DNA of 64,000 bases from an uncultured Gemmatimonadales bacterium. Its GTDB lineage: Bacteria; Gemmatimonadota; Gemmatimonadetes; Longimicrobiales; Longimicrobiaceae. The translations under genes and the position numbers were made by a program. The DNA lies in contig OY970303.1 in assembly GCA_963716255.1 (NCBI GenBank), forward strand, positions 6,752,001 through 6,816,000, in the 5' to 3' direction. Positions 1 through 13,099 of the stretch are shown piece after piece. The notes beneath the pieces were generated by a model. It was given only the letters and a program-made list of their open reading frames with translations, searched no databases and had not been told where the DNA came from. Every line of letters starts with the position of its first letter. The stretch's first letter is position 1.

Positions 1-3000
1 TCGTCGTGCTGGACCGGCTGCCGCTGGCCCCCAACGGCAAGCTGGACCGGCGGGCCCTCCCCGCGCCGGAGCGGGAGAGCGAAGCCCCCGCGGCGCCGCG
101 CACGCCCACCGAGGAGCTGCTGGGCGGAATCTGGTCCGAGGTGCTGGGCGTGGAGCGCGTCGGGGCGGCGGACAGCTTCTTCGAGCTGGGGGGGCACTCG
201 CTGCTGGCCACGCAGGTGGTCTCGCGGGTGCGCCGGACGCTCGGGGTGGAGCTGCCGCTGCGGGCCGTATTCGCGGCGCCCACGCTGGCGGCGCTGGCCG
301 GGCGCGTGGACGCGCTGCGGGGCACGGGCGCGGGGGCGGCGCCTCCCATCGGGCGGGCGCCGCGCGAGGGGCCCGTCCCGCTCTCCTTCGCGCAGCAGCG
401 GCTGTGGCTGCTGGACCGGATCGAGCCGGGCAGCCCCGCCTACAACATGCCGGCCGCGCTGCGGGTGCGCGGCCCGCTGGACGCCGCCGCCCTGCGGGCC
501 GCGCTGGACGGGCTGGTGCGGCGCCACGAGACGCTGCGCACCACGTTCGCCGAGCACCGCGGCGCGCCGGTGCAGGTCGTCCACGCGCCCGCGCCCGCGG
601 CGCTGCGGGTGGCCGACCTGCGCGCCCTCCCGGCGGAGGCGCGGGAGGGCGAGGCCCGGCGCCTCGCGGAGGCGGAGGCTCGCCGCCCCTTCGACCTGGC
701 GCGCGGGCCGCTGCTGCGCGCCACGCTGCTGCGCACGGCGGACGACGAGGCCACGGTGCTCTTCAACATGCACCACGTGGCCGGCGACGGCTGGAGCATG
801 GGCGTGCTCACCCGCGAGCTTTCCGCGATGTACGAAGCGCGGCTGCGCGGCGAGGAGGCGCGCCTGCCGGAGCTGCCGGTGCAGTACGCCGACTTCGCCG
901 CGTGGCAGCGGGCCTGGCTCTCGGGCGCGGTCCTGGAGGCGCACGTCGGCTGGTGGCGGGCGCAGCTCGCGGACGCCCCCGCGCTGCTGGAGCTGCCCAC
1001 CGACCGGCCCCGGCCCGCCGTTCCGGACGGCTCCGGGGCTTGGCTCCCGGTCCGGGTGGGGGCGGAGACCGCGGCGGGGCTGCGGGCGCTGTCGCGCCGC
1101 GAGGGCGCGACGCCGTTCATGACGCTGCTGGCCGCCTGGCAGCTCCTGCTGGCCCGCTACGCCGGGCAGGACGACGTGCTGGTGGGCACCCCCGTCGCCG
1201 GACGCGGCCGGCTGGAGACGGAAGGGCTGATCGGCTTCTTCGTCAACACCCTGGTGCTGCGCGCGGAGGTTCGCGGCGACGCCGGATTCGCCGACCTGCT
1301 GCGCCAGGTGCGGGAGCGGACGCTGGGCGCGTACCAGCACCAGGAGCTCCCCTTCGAGAAGCTGGTGGAGGAGCTGGGAGTGGAGCGGAGCCTGGCGCAC
1401 ACGCCGCTCTTCCAGGTCATGTTCGCCCTGCAGAACGCCGAACAGGGCGAGCTGCGCCTGGGCGGGGCGGAGGTGGAGGCGCTGGAGCGGGGCGCGCCGG
1501 CGGCCAAGTTCGACCTGACGCTGAGCCTGGCCGGGGCGGGGGACGGGCTCCGCGGCGAGCTGGAGTACCGGAGCGGGCTGTGGGACGCCGCGACCGCCGA
1601 GCGCATGGCGGGGCACTACCTGGCCGTGCTGGAGTCCGTGGCGGCGGATCCGCGGCGGCGCCTGTGGGAGGTGGAGCTGCTGGGGGACGCGGAGCGGCGC
1701 CGGGTGCTGGAGGAGTGGAACCGTACGGAGGCCGAGTACCCCGCCGCCGCGTGCATCCACCACCTGTTCGAGGCCCAGGTCGAGCGAACCCCGGATGCCG
1801 TCGCGGTGGTGTTCGAGCGGGAGCGGCTGACGTACGCCGAGCTGAACGGGCGCGCCAACCGCCTCGCCCACCACCTCGTGCGCCTGGGCGTGGGGCCGGA
1901 GGTGCGGGTGGGGATCTGCCAGGAGCGCGGGGCGAGCCTGGTGGTGTCGCTGCTGGCCGTGCTCAAGGCCGGCGGGGCGTACGTGCCGCTGGACCCGGCC
2001 TATCCCGCCGAGCGCCTGCGGTTCACGCTCGCGGACGCCGGCGTGGCGGTGCTGCTCGCGCAGGACTCGCTGCGCGGCGTCGTCCCGGTGCCGCACGGCG
2101 TGCGCGTCGTCGACCCGGACGCCCGCGCGGCCGGGGCCGCGGGCGCGGACGACCGGGACCCGCGCGCCCCGGCGGCGCCGGACAACCTGGCGTACGTCAT
2201 CTACACCTCCGGCTCCACGGGCGTCCCCAAGGGCGTCGCCATCGAGCACCGGAGTGCCGTCGCCCTGCTCGCCTGGGCGGCCGGCGTGTACTCGCCCGCG
2301 GAGCTTTCCGGCGTCCTGGCGTCCACCTCCATCTGCTTCGACCTGTCGGTCTTCGAGATCTTCCTGCCGCTCTGCCGGGGCGGGAGCGTCGTGGTCGTGG
2401 AGAACGCGCTCGCGGTGGCGCGCTCGGCGGCGGCCGGCGAGGTGCGGCTGATGAACACCGTCCCCTCGGCGATCGCGGCCCTGCTGAAGGACGGCGGCCT
2501 GCCGGCGGGGGTGACGACCGTCAACCTGGCCGGCGAGCCGCTGCGCGCGGAGCTGGTGGACGCGCTGTACGCCCGGGGCGCGATCGAGCGCGTCTACGAC
2601 CTGTACGGCCCGTCGGAAGACACCACCTACAGCACCTGGGCGCTGCGCCGGGCGGGGGGCCCGGCGACGATCGGGAGGCCCATCTCCAACGGCCGGGCGT
2701 ACGTGCTGGACGCGCACGGCGTCCCCGTGCCCGTGGGAGTGGCCGGCGAGCTGTACCTGGGCGGGGCGGGGGTGGCGCGGGGGTACCTGGGGAGGTCCGG
2801 GCTGACGGCGGAGCGCTTCGTCCCCGACCCCTTCGCCCCCGGGCCGGGCGCGCGCCTGTACCGCACGGGCGACCGGGCTCGCTGGCTCGCTCCGGGGGAG
2901 CTGGAGTTCCTGGGCCGCATCGACCAGCAGGTCAAGGTGCGCGGCTTCCGCGTCGAGCCGGGCGAGGTGGAGGCCGCGCTCGCGGCGCTGCCGCAGGTGC

Positions 3001-6000
3001 GGGAAGCCGCCGTCGTGCTGCGCGAGGACGACCCGGACGGCGCGCGCCTGGTCGCCTACGTGGTCGCGGAGGAGGGGGCCGCGGCCGACGCGCAGGCGGA
3101 GCTGCGGGCCGGGCTCCGTTCGCGCCTGCCGGAGCACATGGTGCCGGCCGCCTTCGTCGTGCTGGACGCCCTGCCGCTGACCCCCAACGGCAAGCTGGAC
3201 CGCCGCGCCCTCCCCGCGCCGGGGCGGAGCGGCGAGTCCCGCGGCGGCCCGCTCACCGACACCGAGCGCGCCGTGGTGGGGATCTGGGAGGAGGAGCTGG
3301 GCGCGGCGGGCGTGGGCGCCGCCGACAACTTCTTCGACCTGGGCGGACACTCGCTCCTGCTGGTGCGGGTGCACGCCCGCCTGGAGGCGCTCTTCCCCGG
3401 GCGGGCGGCGCTGATCGACCTGTTCGAGCACCGCACGCTCGGCGGGCTCGCGGCCCACCTGGACCGGCGGGGGCCGGCGCGGGCGCCGTCCGCGCCGCGG
3501 GAGGCCGGGACGCCCCGCCGGGCCGTCCGCGGCACGGGGCGCGAGGTGGCGGTCGTGGGGATGGCGGGCCGGTTCCCGGGCGCGCGCGACCTGGACGAGT
3601 TCTGGAGCAACCTCCGCGCGGGCGTCCGCTCCATCCGCCGCTTCAGCGACGAGGAATTGAAGGCCGCCGGGGTGCCGCGCCGCGAGCGCGAGGCCCCCGG
3701 CTACGTTCCCGCCGCCGGGGTGCTGGACGGGGCCGAGCTGTTCGACGCCGCCTTCTTCGGCGTCACCCCGCGGGAGGCGGTGGCGATGAACCCGCAGCAC
3801 CGCGTGTTCCTGGAGGTGGCGTGGGAAGCGCTGGAGCGGGCGGGGTACGCGTCGGACGCGTACCGCGGACGCATCGGCGTGTACGCCGCCGAGGGGCAGA
3901 ACCGCTACCTGCTGGAAGTGCTCGCGCGGCCGGAGCTGGTGGCGGCGCTGGGCGAGATGCAGGTGTTCCTGTCCAACTCCGCGTCGGCGGCGACGCTGGC
4001 GTCGTTCAAGCTGGACCTGGTGGGTCCCAGCATGAACGTGCAGACGGCGTGCTCCTCGTCGCTGGTCGCCGTGGACCTGGCCTGCCGCGGCCTGCTGGAC
4101 GGCGTGGCGGACGTGGCGCTGGCCGGCGGCGTCCGCGTGGACGTGCCGCGCATCCGCGGCTACCTGCACCAGGAGGGCGGGATCCTGTCGCCCACCGGCG
4201 AGTGCACCCCCTTCGACGCGTCGGCGCGCGGCACGGTGTCCGGGAGCGGCGTGGGGGTCGTGGTGCTGAAGCGGCTGGACGACGCGCTCGCCGACGGGGA
4301 CACGGTGCTGGCGACCATCCGCGGCACCGGCGTGACCAACGACGGGGGGCGCAAGGTGGGGTTCACGGCCCCGGCGCGCGAGGGGCAGGCGGCGGCGATC
4401 GCGGAGGCGCTGGCGGTGGCCGGCGTGGAGCCGGCGGAGGTCTCGTACGTGGAGGCGCACGGCTCCGGGACCGAGGTGGGCGACCCCATCGAGGTCGCCG
4501 CGCTCGTCTCCGCCTTCGGCGAGGGGCCCGCGGGGAGCTGCGCCCTGGGCTCGGTCAAGTCCAGCGTCGGCCACCTGGACGCCGCGGCCGGCGTGGTGGG
4601 GCTGATCAAGACGGTGCTGGCGCTCCAGCACGGGGAGATCCCCCCGTCGCCGTACTTCCGCGAGCCCAACCCCCGCATCGACTTCGAACGCTCCCCCTTC
4701 TACGTCAGCCCCGAGCTGCGCCCCTGGCCGGGCGGCGGCGGGCCGCGCCGGGCGGGGGTGAGCTCCTTCGGCCTGGGCGGGACCAACGCGCACGTGGTGC
4801 TGGAGGAGGCCCCCGAGCCGGCGCCGTCCGGCCCGTCGCGCCCCCTGCAGCTGCTGGTGCTTTCCGCGCGCACCCCCGCCGCGCTGGAAACGGCGACCGA
4901 CCGGCTGGCGGCGCACCTGCGCGACCACCCGGAGCAGGAGCTGGCCGACGCGGCGCACACGCTGCGCGTGGGGCGGCGCCGCTTCGAGCAGCGGCGCGTG
5001 CTGGTGTGCCGCGGCCGGGAGGACGCCGTGTCCGCCCTGGAGGCCCGCGACGCCCGGCGGCTGCTGGAAGCGGCCCGGGAGCGCGACGACCGGCCGGTGG
5101 CGTTCCTGTTCCCCGGCGTGGGCGACCACTACGCGCAGATGGCGCGCGGGCTGTACGAGGCCGAGCCCGTCTTCCGCGCCGAGGTGGACCGCTGCGCCGG
5201 TCTGCTGCGGGCGCACGCCGGCGGCGACGTGCGCGCGGCGCTCTTTTCCGGCGAGCCCGCCCCGGAGCAGGCCCCCGGCGGCGGAGCGGCGGCGGACGCG
5301 GGCGGCTCCGTCGACCTGCGCGCCATGCTGGGCCGCGGCGGCTCGGTGGCCGACCCGCTCGGGCGCACCGAGCTGGCGCACCCGGCGACCTTCGTGGTGG
5401 AGTACGCCCTGGCGCGGCTGTGGATGAGCTGGGGCGTGCGCCCGGACGCCATGATCGGCCACTCGCTGGGCGAGTACGTGGCGGCCACGCTGGCCGGCGT
5501 CTTCGAGCTGGAGGACGCCCTCGCGCTGCTGGCCGAGCGCGCCCGGCTGATCGCGGCGCTGCCGGCCGGCGCCATGCTCGCCGTGCCCATGGACCCCGCG
5601 GCGCTCCGTCCGCGGCTGCGCGGCGCCCTCGCGCTTGCCGCGCACAACGCGCCGGGGCTGTGCACCGTTTCCGGCCCCGCCGCCGAGGTGGCGGCGCTGG
5701 AGGCGGAGCTTGCCGCGGCCGGCCTGGCGTGCCGGCGCCTGAACGCGGAGCACGCCTTCCACTCGGCGGCGATGGAGCCGGTGGCCGAGCGCCTGGCGGA
5801 GCGGCTGCGCGCCATGCGCCTGGCCGCGCCGGAGATCCCCTTCGTCTCCAACGTGACCGGGACGTGGATCCGCGCGGAGGAGGCGACCGACCCGGCGTAC
5901 TGGACGCGCCACCTGTGCGGCACGGTGAGGTTCGCGGAGGGGATGGCGGAGCTGCTGCGCGACCGGACCCGGGTGCTTCTGGAGGTGGGTCCGGGGCGCA

Positions 6001-9000
6001 CGCTGGGGACCTTCGCGCTCCACGCGGGCGCCCCGCAGGCGGCCGTGTTCGCGTCGCTGCGGCACGCCTACACGCGCCAGGCGGACCCGGCCTTCCTGCT
6101 GGAAACGCTGGGGCGGCTGTGGATGGCGGGCGTACAGGTGGACTGGGACGGCTTCGCCGCGGGGGAGCAGCGGCGGCGCGTCCCCCTGCCCACCTACCCG
6201 TTCGAGCGCCAGGCGTACTGGGTGGAGCCCCGGCGGCGCCGGCGCCGCAGGGACCGTGGAGCCCCGGCCCGCGCGTCCGCGGCGGGGCCGGCTCCGCTCC
6301 GGGCGGAGCGGCCGGAGCCCGGGCCGGCGGACGGGGGCGCGGGGGAGCTGCCGGGGCTCCTGCCCAGGCCGGAGACCGGCGTGCGCTACGTCGCGCCGGC
6401 CGGGGAGGCGGAGGAGCGCATGGCCGCGCTGTGGAGGGACCTGCTCGGGTTCGAGCGGGTGGGCGCGCACGACGACTTCTTTGCGCTGGGCGGCCACTCG
6501 CTGCTTGCCATGCAGCTGGTCTCGCGCGTGCGGGCCGCGTCCGGCGCGGACCTCCCGCTGACCGCCGTGTTCGAGGCGCCCACGGTGGCCGCCCTGGCCG
6601 AGCGCGTGGAGGCGGCGCGCCGCGCCGGCGCGGCGTCCGCCGCGCCCCCGCTGGCGCCGCTGCCGCGCGACGGAGGTCCGCTGCCGGCCTCGTTCGCGCA
6701 GCGGCGGCTCTGGTTCGTGCAGCAGATGGAGCCGCGGAGCTGGGCCTACAACATGGCGTTCCCGCTGCGCCTCGCGGGCACGCTGGACGCGCGGGCGCTG
6801 CGGCGGGCGCTGACCGCGGTCGTGGCCCGGCACGAAGCCCTGCGCACCACGCTGGAGGAGCGCGGCGGCGAGCCCGTGCAGGTGATCCACCCGCCCGCTC
6901 CCGTGCGGCTGCCCACGGTGGAGCTGCGCGGCCTCCCGGCGGAGGCGCGCGAGCGCGAGGCGCGGCGGCTGGCCGAGGCGGAGGCGCGCCGCCCCTTCGA
7001 CCTGGGGCGCGGGCCGCTGCTGCGCGCCACGCTGCTGCGCCTGGGCGGCGAGGAGGCGGCGGCGCTGTTCACGCTGCACCACGTCGTCACCGACGGGTGG
7101 AGCATGGAGGTGCTGGTGCGCGAAGTGTCCGCGCTGTACGCGGCGGAGCAGGGCGGCGAGGAGGCGCGCCTCGCCCCGCTGCCGGTGCAGTACGCGGACT
7201 ACGCGGCCTGGCAGCACGCCCGGCTCTCCGGCGAGGCCCTGGAGGCGGAGCTGGCGTACTGGCGCGGGCGCCTGGCCGGGGCCCCGCCGCTGCTGGAGGT
7301 CCCCACCGACCGGCCCCGCGCCGTGGAGCAGGACCCCCGGGCGGACAGCCGCTCCCTCGTGCTCCCGCCCGGGGTGTCGCGGGGGCTGCGGCGGCTCGCG
7401 CGCGGGGAGGGCGCGACGCCGTTCATGGTGCTGCTGGCCGGGTGGCAGGCGCTGCTGGGGCGCTGGTCCGGGCAGGACGACGTCCTCGTGGGCACGCCGG
7501 TCGCGGGCCGCACGCGCACCGAGCTGGAGGGGCTGATCGGCTTCTTCGCCAACACGCTGGTGCTGCGCGCCGACCTGTCGGGCGGGCCGTCGTTCCGCGC
7601 GCTGCTGGGCCGCGTGCGCGAGGCGGCGCTCGGCGCCTACGCGCACCAGGAGGTGCCCTTCGACCGGCTGGTGGAGGCGCTGGCCCCCGAGCGCAGCCTG
7701 CTTCACACCCCGCTCTTCCAGGTGATGTTCGCCCTGGAGGAGGCGGACGGGGACGGCGTGCGCCTGGGCGGGGTGCGGGCCGGACCGCTCGCCGCCGCCG
7801 CCGCCGTGGCCCGGTTCGACCTGGAGCTGGAGATGCGGGAGGAGGGCGGCGCCCTGGCGGCGACGCTGGCGTTCCGCGCCGAGCTGTTCGACGCGGCCAC
7901 CGCCGGGCGGATGCTCGCGCACCTGGGCCGCCTGCTGGAGGCCGTGGCCGCGGACCCGGAGCGCCGCCCCGGCGAGGTGGAGCTGCTCGACCCGGCCGAG
8001 CGGGAGCAGCTGCTGGCCGCGGGCCGCTCCGCCGCCGCGCCGGGCGCCGATCTGTGCCTCCACGAGCTGTTCCTGCGCCAGGCCGCGGCCACCCCGGACG
8101 CGCCCGCCGTGCTTCACGGCGCGGGGACGCTCACCTACGCCGGGCTGGAGCGCCGCTCCGCGGCGCTCGCCGCCACCCTGCGCGGCCTGGGGGTGGGCCC
8201 CGAGGCGCCCGTGGGCGTGTGCCTGGGGTGGAGCCCGGAGCTGGTGGCCGCCGCGCTGGGCGTGATGCGCGCCGGCGGCGTCTACCTTCCCCTGGACCCC
8301 GCGTACCCGGCGGAGCGCCTGGCCCACGTGCTGGAGGACTCCGGCGCGCGGGTGCTGCTGACCCGCGAGGGGCTGCTGGAGCGGTTCGGCTCGTTCGGCG
8401 GGCGGGTCGTCGCGCTGGATGCTCCCCCCCCGGAGCACGGAGATGCCGTCGGCGCGGGCGCACTTTCGCGCTCCCCCGCTTCCGCACTTTCGCACCCGTC
8501 GTCTCTCGCCTACGTCGTCTACACCTCCGGCTCCACCGGCCGCCCCAAGGGCGTCGCCGTGGAGCACCGGGCGGCGGTGGCGCACTTCCTGGCGTTCCGC
8601 GATCTGGCCGGGCTGGAATCCTCGGACCGGGTGGTGGCGTTCGCGTCGCCGGGGTTCGACGTGGCGCTGGACGAGATCTTCCCCACGCTCTTCGCCGGCG
8701 CGGCGCTGGTGGTGGCGGGGGCCGAGCCCCCGAGCCCCGCGGAGTTCCTGCCGCGGCTCGCGGAGCTGGGCGTCACCGTCGCCAACCTGCCGCCGGCGTA
8801 CTGGCGGGCCGCGTCCGAGGAGGCCGCCGGTCGGGGCGGCGCGCCGGCCGGGCTGCGCATGGTGATGGTGGGCGGCGAGGCCGTCCCCGTGGAAGGCGTG
8901 CTGCGCTGGCGGGAGGGCGCGGGCTCCCACGTGCGGCTGATGAACGGCTACGGCCCCACGGAAACGGTGGTCACCGCCACCCAGTGGGAGATCCCGGCCG

Positions 9001-12000
9001 GTTTCCCGGACGGCTTTTCCGGCGCCGTCGTGCCCATCGGCGCCCCGGTGGGCGGGCGGACCGCGTACGTGCTGGACGCCGCCGGCGGGCTCGCTCCCGC
9101 GGGCGTCCCCGGCGAGCTGCACCTGGGCGGGCCGGTGCTGGCGCGCGGCTACCTGGGACGGCCGGAGCCGACCGCCGAGCGCTTCGTCCCCGACCCGTTC
9201 GCCGCGGAGCCGGGCGCGCGCGCGTACCGCACCGGCGACCGGGCGCGCTGGCTTCCCGGCGGCACGCTGGAGTTCCTGGGCCGTCTGGACCAGCAGGTCA
9301 AGATCCGCGGCTTCCGCATCGAGCCCGGCGAGGTCGAGGCCGCGCTGCGCCGGCACCCCGGCGTGGGCGATTGCGCGGTGGCGGCGCGCGACGACGCCCC
9401 GGGGGGGAGGCGGCTGGTGGCGTACGTGGTGGGCGACGCGGAGGCGGACGCGCTGCGCTCGCACCTGCGGCGGAGCCTGCCCGAGTACATGGTGCCGGGC
9501 GCCTTCGTCGCGCTGGAGCGGCTGCCGCTGACGCCCAGCGGCAAGCTGGACCGCGGGGCGCTCCCCGCGCCGGAGTACGGCCCGGGCGAGGCGGGCTACG
9601 TGGCGCCGCGCACCCCCACGGAGGAGGTGCTGGCGGGGATCTGGGCGGAGACGCTGCGCCTGGACCGGGTGGGCGCCGAAGGGAGCTTCTTCGAGCTGGG
9701 CGGCCACTCGCTTCTGGCGATGCGGGCGGTGTCGCGCATCCGCGAAGTGCTGGGCGCCGAGCTGCCGCTGCGCGCGCTGTTCGAGGCGCCCGGCGTGGCG
9801 GCGCTGGCCGAGCGCGTGGACGCGCTGCGGCGCGCGGGATCCCCCGCGCTTCCGGCGATCGTCCCGGCGGAGCGCCGCGGGGCGCTGCCGCTGTCCTTTG
9901 CGCAGGAGCGGCTCTGGTTCCTGCACCGGCTCCACCCGGAGAACGTCTCCTACAACGTCCCCGCGCCGCTGCGGCTGCGCGGCGCGCTGGACGCGGCGGC
10001 GCTGGCGCGCGCGCTGGGCGAGGTCGTGCGCCGCCACGAAGCGCTGCGCACGACGTTCCCGGAGCGCGACGGCGCCCCCGTCCAGGAGGTCGCCCCCTCC
10101 GGCGGCTTCGCGCTCCCGGTGGAGGACCTGTCCGGGCTCGGCGAAGCCGCGCGCGAGGCGGAGGTGCGCCGCCGCGTGGCGGAGGACGCGGCGCGGCCCT
10201 TCGACCTGGGGGCGGGGCCGCTCTTCCGGGTGGAGCTGCTGCGGCTCGCGGCGAACGAGCACGTGCTGCTGGCGTGCATGCACCACATCGTCTTCGACGA
10301 GTGGAGCGTGGGCGTGCTGCTGCGCGAGCTGTCGGCGCTGTACGGCGCCTTCACCCGGGGCGAGCCCTCCCCGCTCCCGGAGCCGGCGGTGCAGTACGCC
10401 GACTACGCGGTGTGGCAGCGCCGCGTGCTCCGGGGCGAGGCGCTGGAGGGGCAGGTGGCGTACTGGCGGGAGCGGCTGGCCGGCGCGCCCGCGCTGCTGG
10501 AGCTGCCCACCGACCGTCCCCGCCCCGTGGTGCGGACGTACCGCGGCGCGCGGGAGCGGGCGGAGCTCCCGCGCGAGCTGCTGGACCGGCTCACGGCACT
10601 GGGGCGCGGTGCGGGAGCGACGCTGTTCATGACGCTGCTGGGTGCCTTCCAGGTGCTTCTCTCGAAGTACGCCGGGACCGACGACGTGGTGGTGGGCAGC
10701 CCCATCGCGGGACGGACGCGCCGGGAGACCGAGGGGCTGATCGGCTTCTTCCTCAACACGCTGGTGCTGCGGGCGGACCTGTCGGGCGATCCCGCGTTCG
10801 GCGAGGCGCTGCGGCGGGTGCGGGCGGCGACGCTGGGGGCGTACGAGCACCAGGACGTGCCCTTCGAAAGGCTGGTGGATGCGCTCCAGTCCGAGCGCAG
10901 CCTGGGCCACGCGCCGCTCTTCCAGGTGATGTTCGTGCTGGAAGGGGCCGAGGAGCCGGAGGGCGGCCTGGCGGGCGTCGAGACGGAGGCGCTGGTCCAG
11001 GAGAGCGGGACGAGCAAGTTCGACCTGACGCTGAGCATGGCGGCGCGCGCGGACGGGCTGGCCGCCGGGCTGGAATACGACACGGACCTGTTCGACCGCG
11101 GCACCGTGCGGCGCATGCTGGAGCACCTGGAGCGGGTGCTGGAGCAGGTCGCCGCCGATCCCGGCGTGCGCCTGTCGGCGCTGGAGCTGCTGGGCGATGC
11201 GGAGCGCCGCCAGGTGCTGGAAGCGTGGAACCGCACGGAGGCGGAGTATCCCGCGGACCGCTGCGTACACGAGCTGTTCGAGGCGCAGGTGGAGCGCACG
11301 CCGGACGCCGTGGCCGTCGTCCGCGGGGAGGCGTCGCTCACCTACCGGGAGCTGAACGCGCGCGCCAACCGGCTGGCGCGCCACCTCCGAGGGAGGGGGG
11401 TGGGGCCGGAAAGCCGGGTGGCCGTCTGCGTGGAGCGCTCGGCCGAGCTGCTGGTGGCCCTGCTGGGGGTGCTCAAGGCCGGCGGCGCCTACGTCCCGCT
11501 GGACCCGTCGTATCCCGGGGAGCGGCTGCGGTACTTGCTCCGGGACAGCCGGCCGGCGGCGGTGCTGAGCCAGGCGTCGTTCGCGGGGCTGTTCGCGACG
11601 GCCGGCGTGCCGGTGGTCGAGCTCGGCGCGGCCGCGCCGGGGTGGGAGGCCCGGCCGGAGCCGAACCCGGAGCGCGGGGGCCTCGCCGCCTCCCACCTGG
11701 CGTACCTGATCTACACCTCCGGCTCCACCGGCCGGCCCAAGGGCGTGATGGTCGAGCACCGGGCGCTGACCCACTACGCCGCGTGGGCGGCTTCCCGGTA
11801 CGCGGACGGGCAACCGCTCCGCTTCCCGCTGTACTCCGCGGTCACCTTCGACCTGACGGTGACCTCCATCTACGTCCCGCTGCTCACCGGCGGCGCCGTG
11901 GTGGTCTACGGCGAGGAAGCGGGCGGCGAGCCGGCGGTGGTGCGGGTGTTCGAGGACGACGCCGTCGACGTCGTGAAGCTGACGCCGTCCCACCTGGCGC

Positions 12001-13099
12001 TGCTGGACCGGCACGACCTGGGGTCGCTGCGCATCGGGAAGCTGGTCGTGGGCGGCGAGGAGCTGGGGACGGCGCCGGCGCGCTCGGTCCACGACCGGTC
12101 GGGCGGAAAGCTGGAGATCCACAACGAGTACGGCCCCACGGAGGCCGCGGTGGGGTGCATGATCCACCGCTTCGACCCGGACGGCGACGGGCGGGGCTCG
12201 GTGCCCATCGGCCGGCCGATCGCGAACACGCGCGTCTACGTGCTGGACGGCTGGGGGGAGCCGGTGCCGGCCGGGGTGGCGGGCGAGCTGTACGTGGGCG
12301 GGGCGGGGCTGGCGCGCGGGTACGCGGGGCGCCCGGAGCTGACGGCGGAGCGTTTCGTCCCGGATCCCTTCGGGGCGGAGCCGGGAGGGCGGCTGTACCG
12401 CACGGGGGACCGGGCGCGGTGGCGCGGCGGCGGGACCATGGAGTTCCTGGGCCGGGTCGACCACCAGGTCAAGGTGCGCGGCTTCCGGATCGAGCCGGGC
12501 GAGGTGGAGGCGCGGCTGGCGGAGCACCCCGCGGTGCGCGAGGCCGTGGTCGCGGCGCGGGAGGACGCGCCCGGGGACCTACGGCTGGTGGCGTACTGGG
12601 TGGGCGGGGAGGACATCGAAGCCGGGGAACTGCGCGCGCACCTGGCCGAGCGGCTGCCGGCGTACATGCTGCCGGCGGCGTACGTGCGGCTGGCGAGCCT
12701 GCCTCTCACCCCCAGCGGCAAGACCGACCGGGCGGCGCTCCCCGCCCCGGAGGACGACGCCCGCGCGCGGCGCGCGTACGTGGCGCCCGAGGGCGAGGTG
12801 GAGACCGCGCTGGCGGAGGTGTGGGCGGAGGTGCTGGGCGTGGAGCGGGTGGGACGCCTCGACAACTTCTTCGAGCTGGGCGGCCACTCCCTGCTGGCGG
12901 TCAGGCTGATCGAGCGCATGCGGCAGGCGGGCCTCCACGCGGACGTTCAGGTGCTGTTCACCGCGCCCACGCTGGCGGCGCTGGTGGCCGCGGTGGAGGG
13001 GGAGGGGGAGCCCCACGAGGTCGAGCTCCCGGCCAACCTGATCCCCGCGCCCGCGCCGGACGACCCGGAGGACGATTTCGAGGGGCCCGAATTCTATCT

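Noticed and set aside
404..13099. N-terminal 4232 aa of the 8480-aa ORF 404..25846
   Set aside because: Off-frame Arg/Gly/Ala-rich read-through overlapping gene 1; the real protein starts at ATG 13100.
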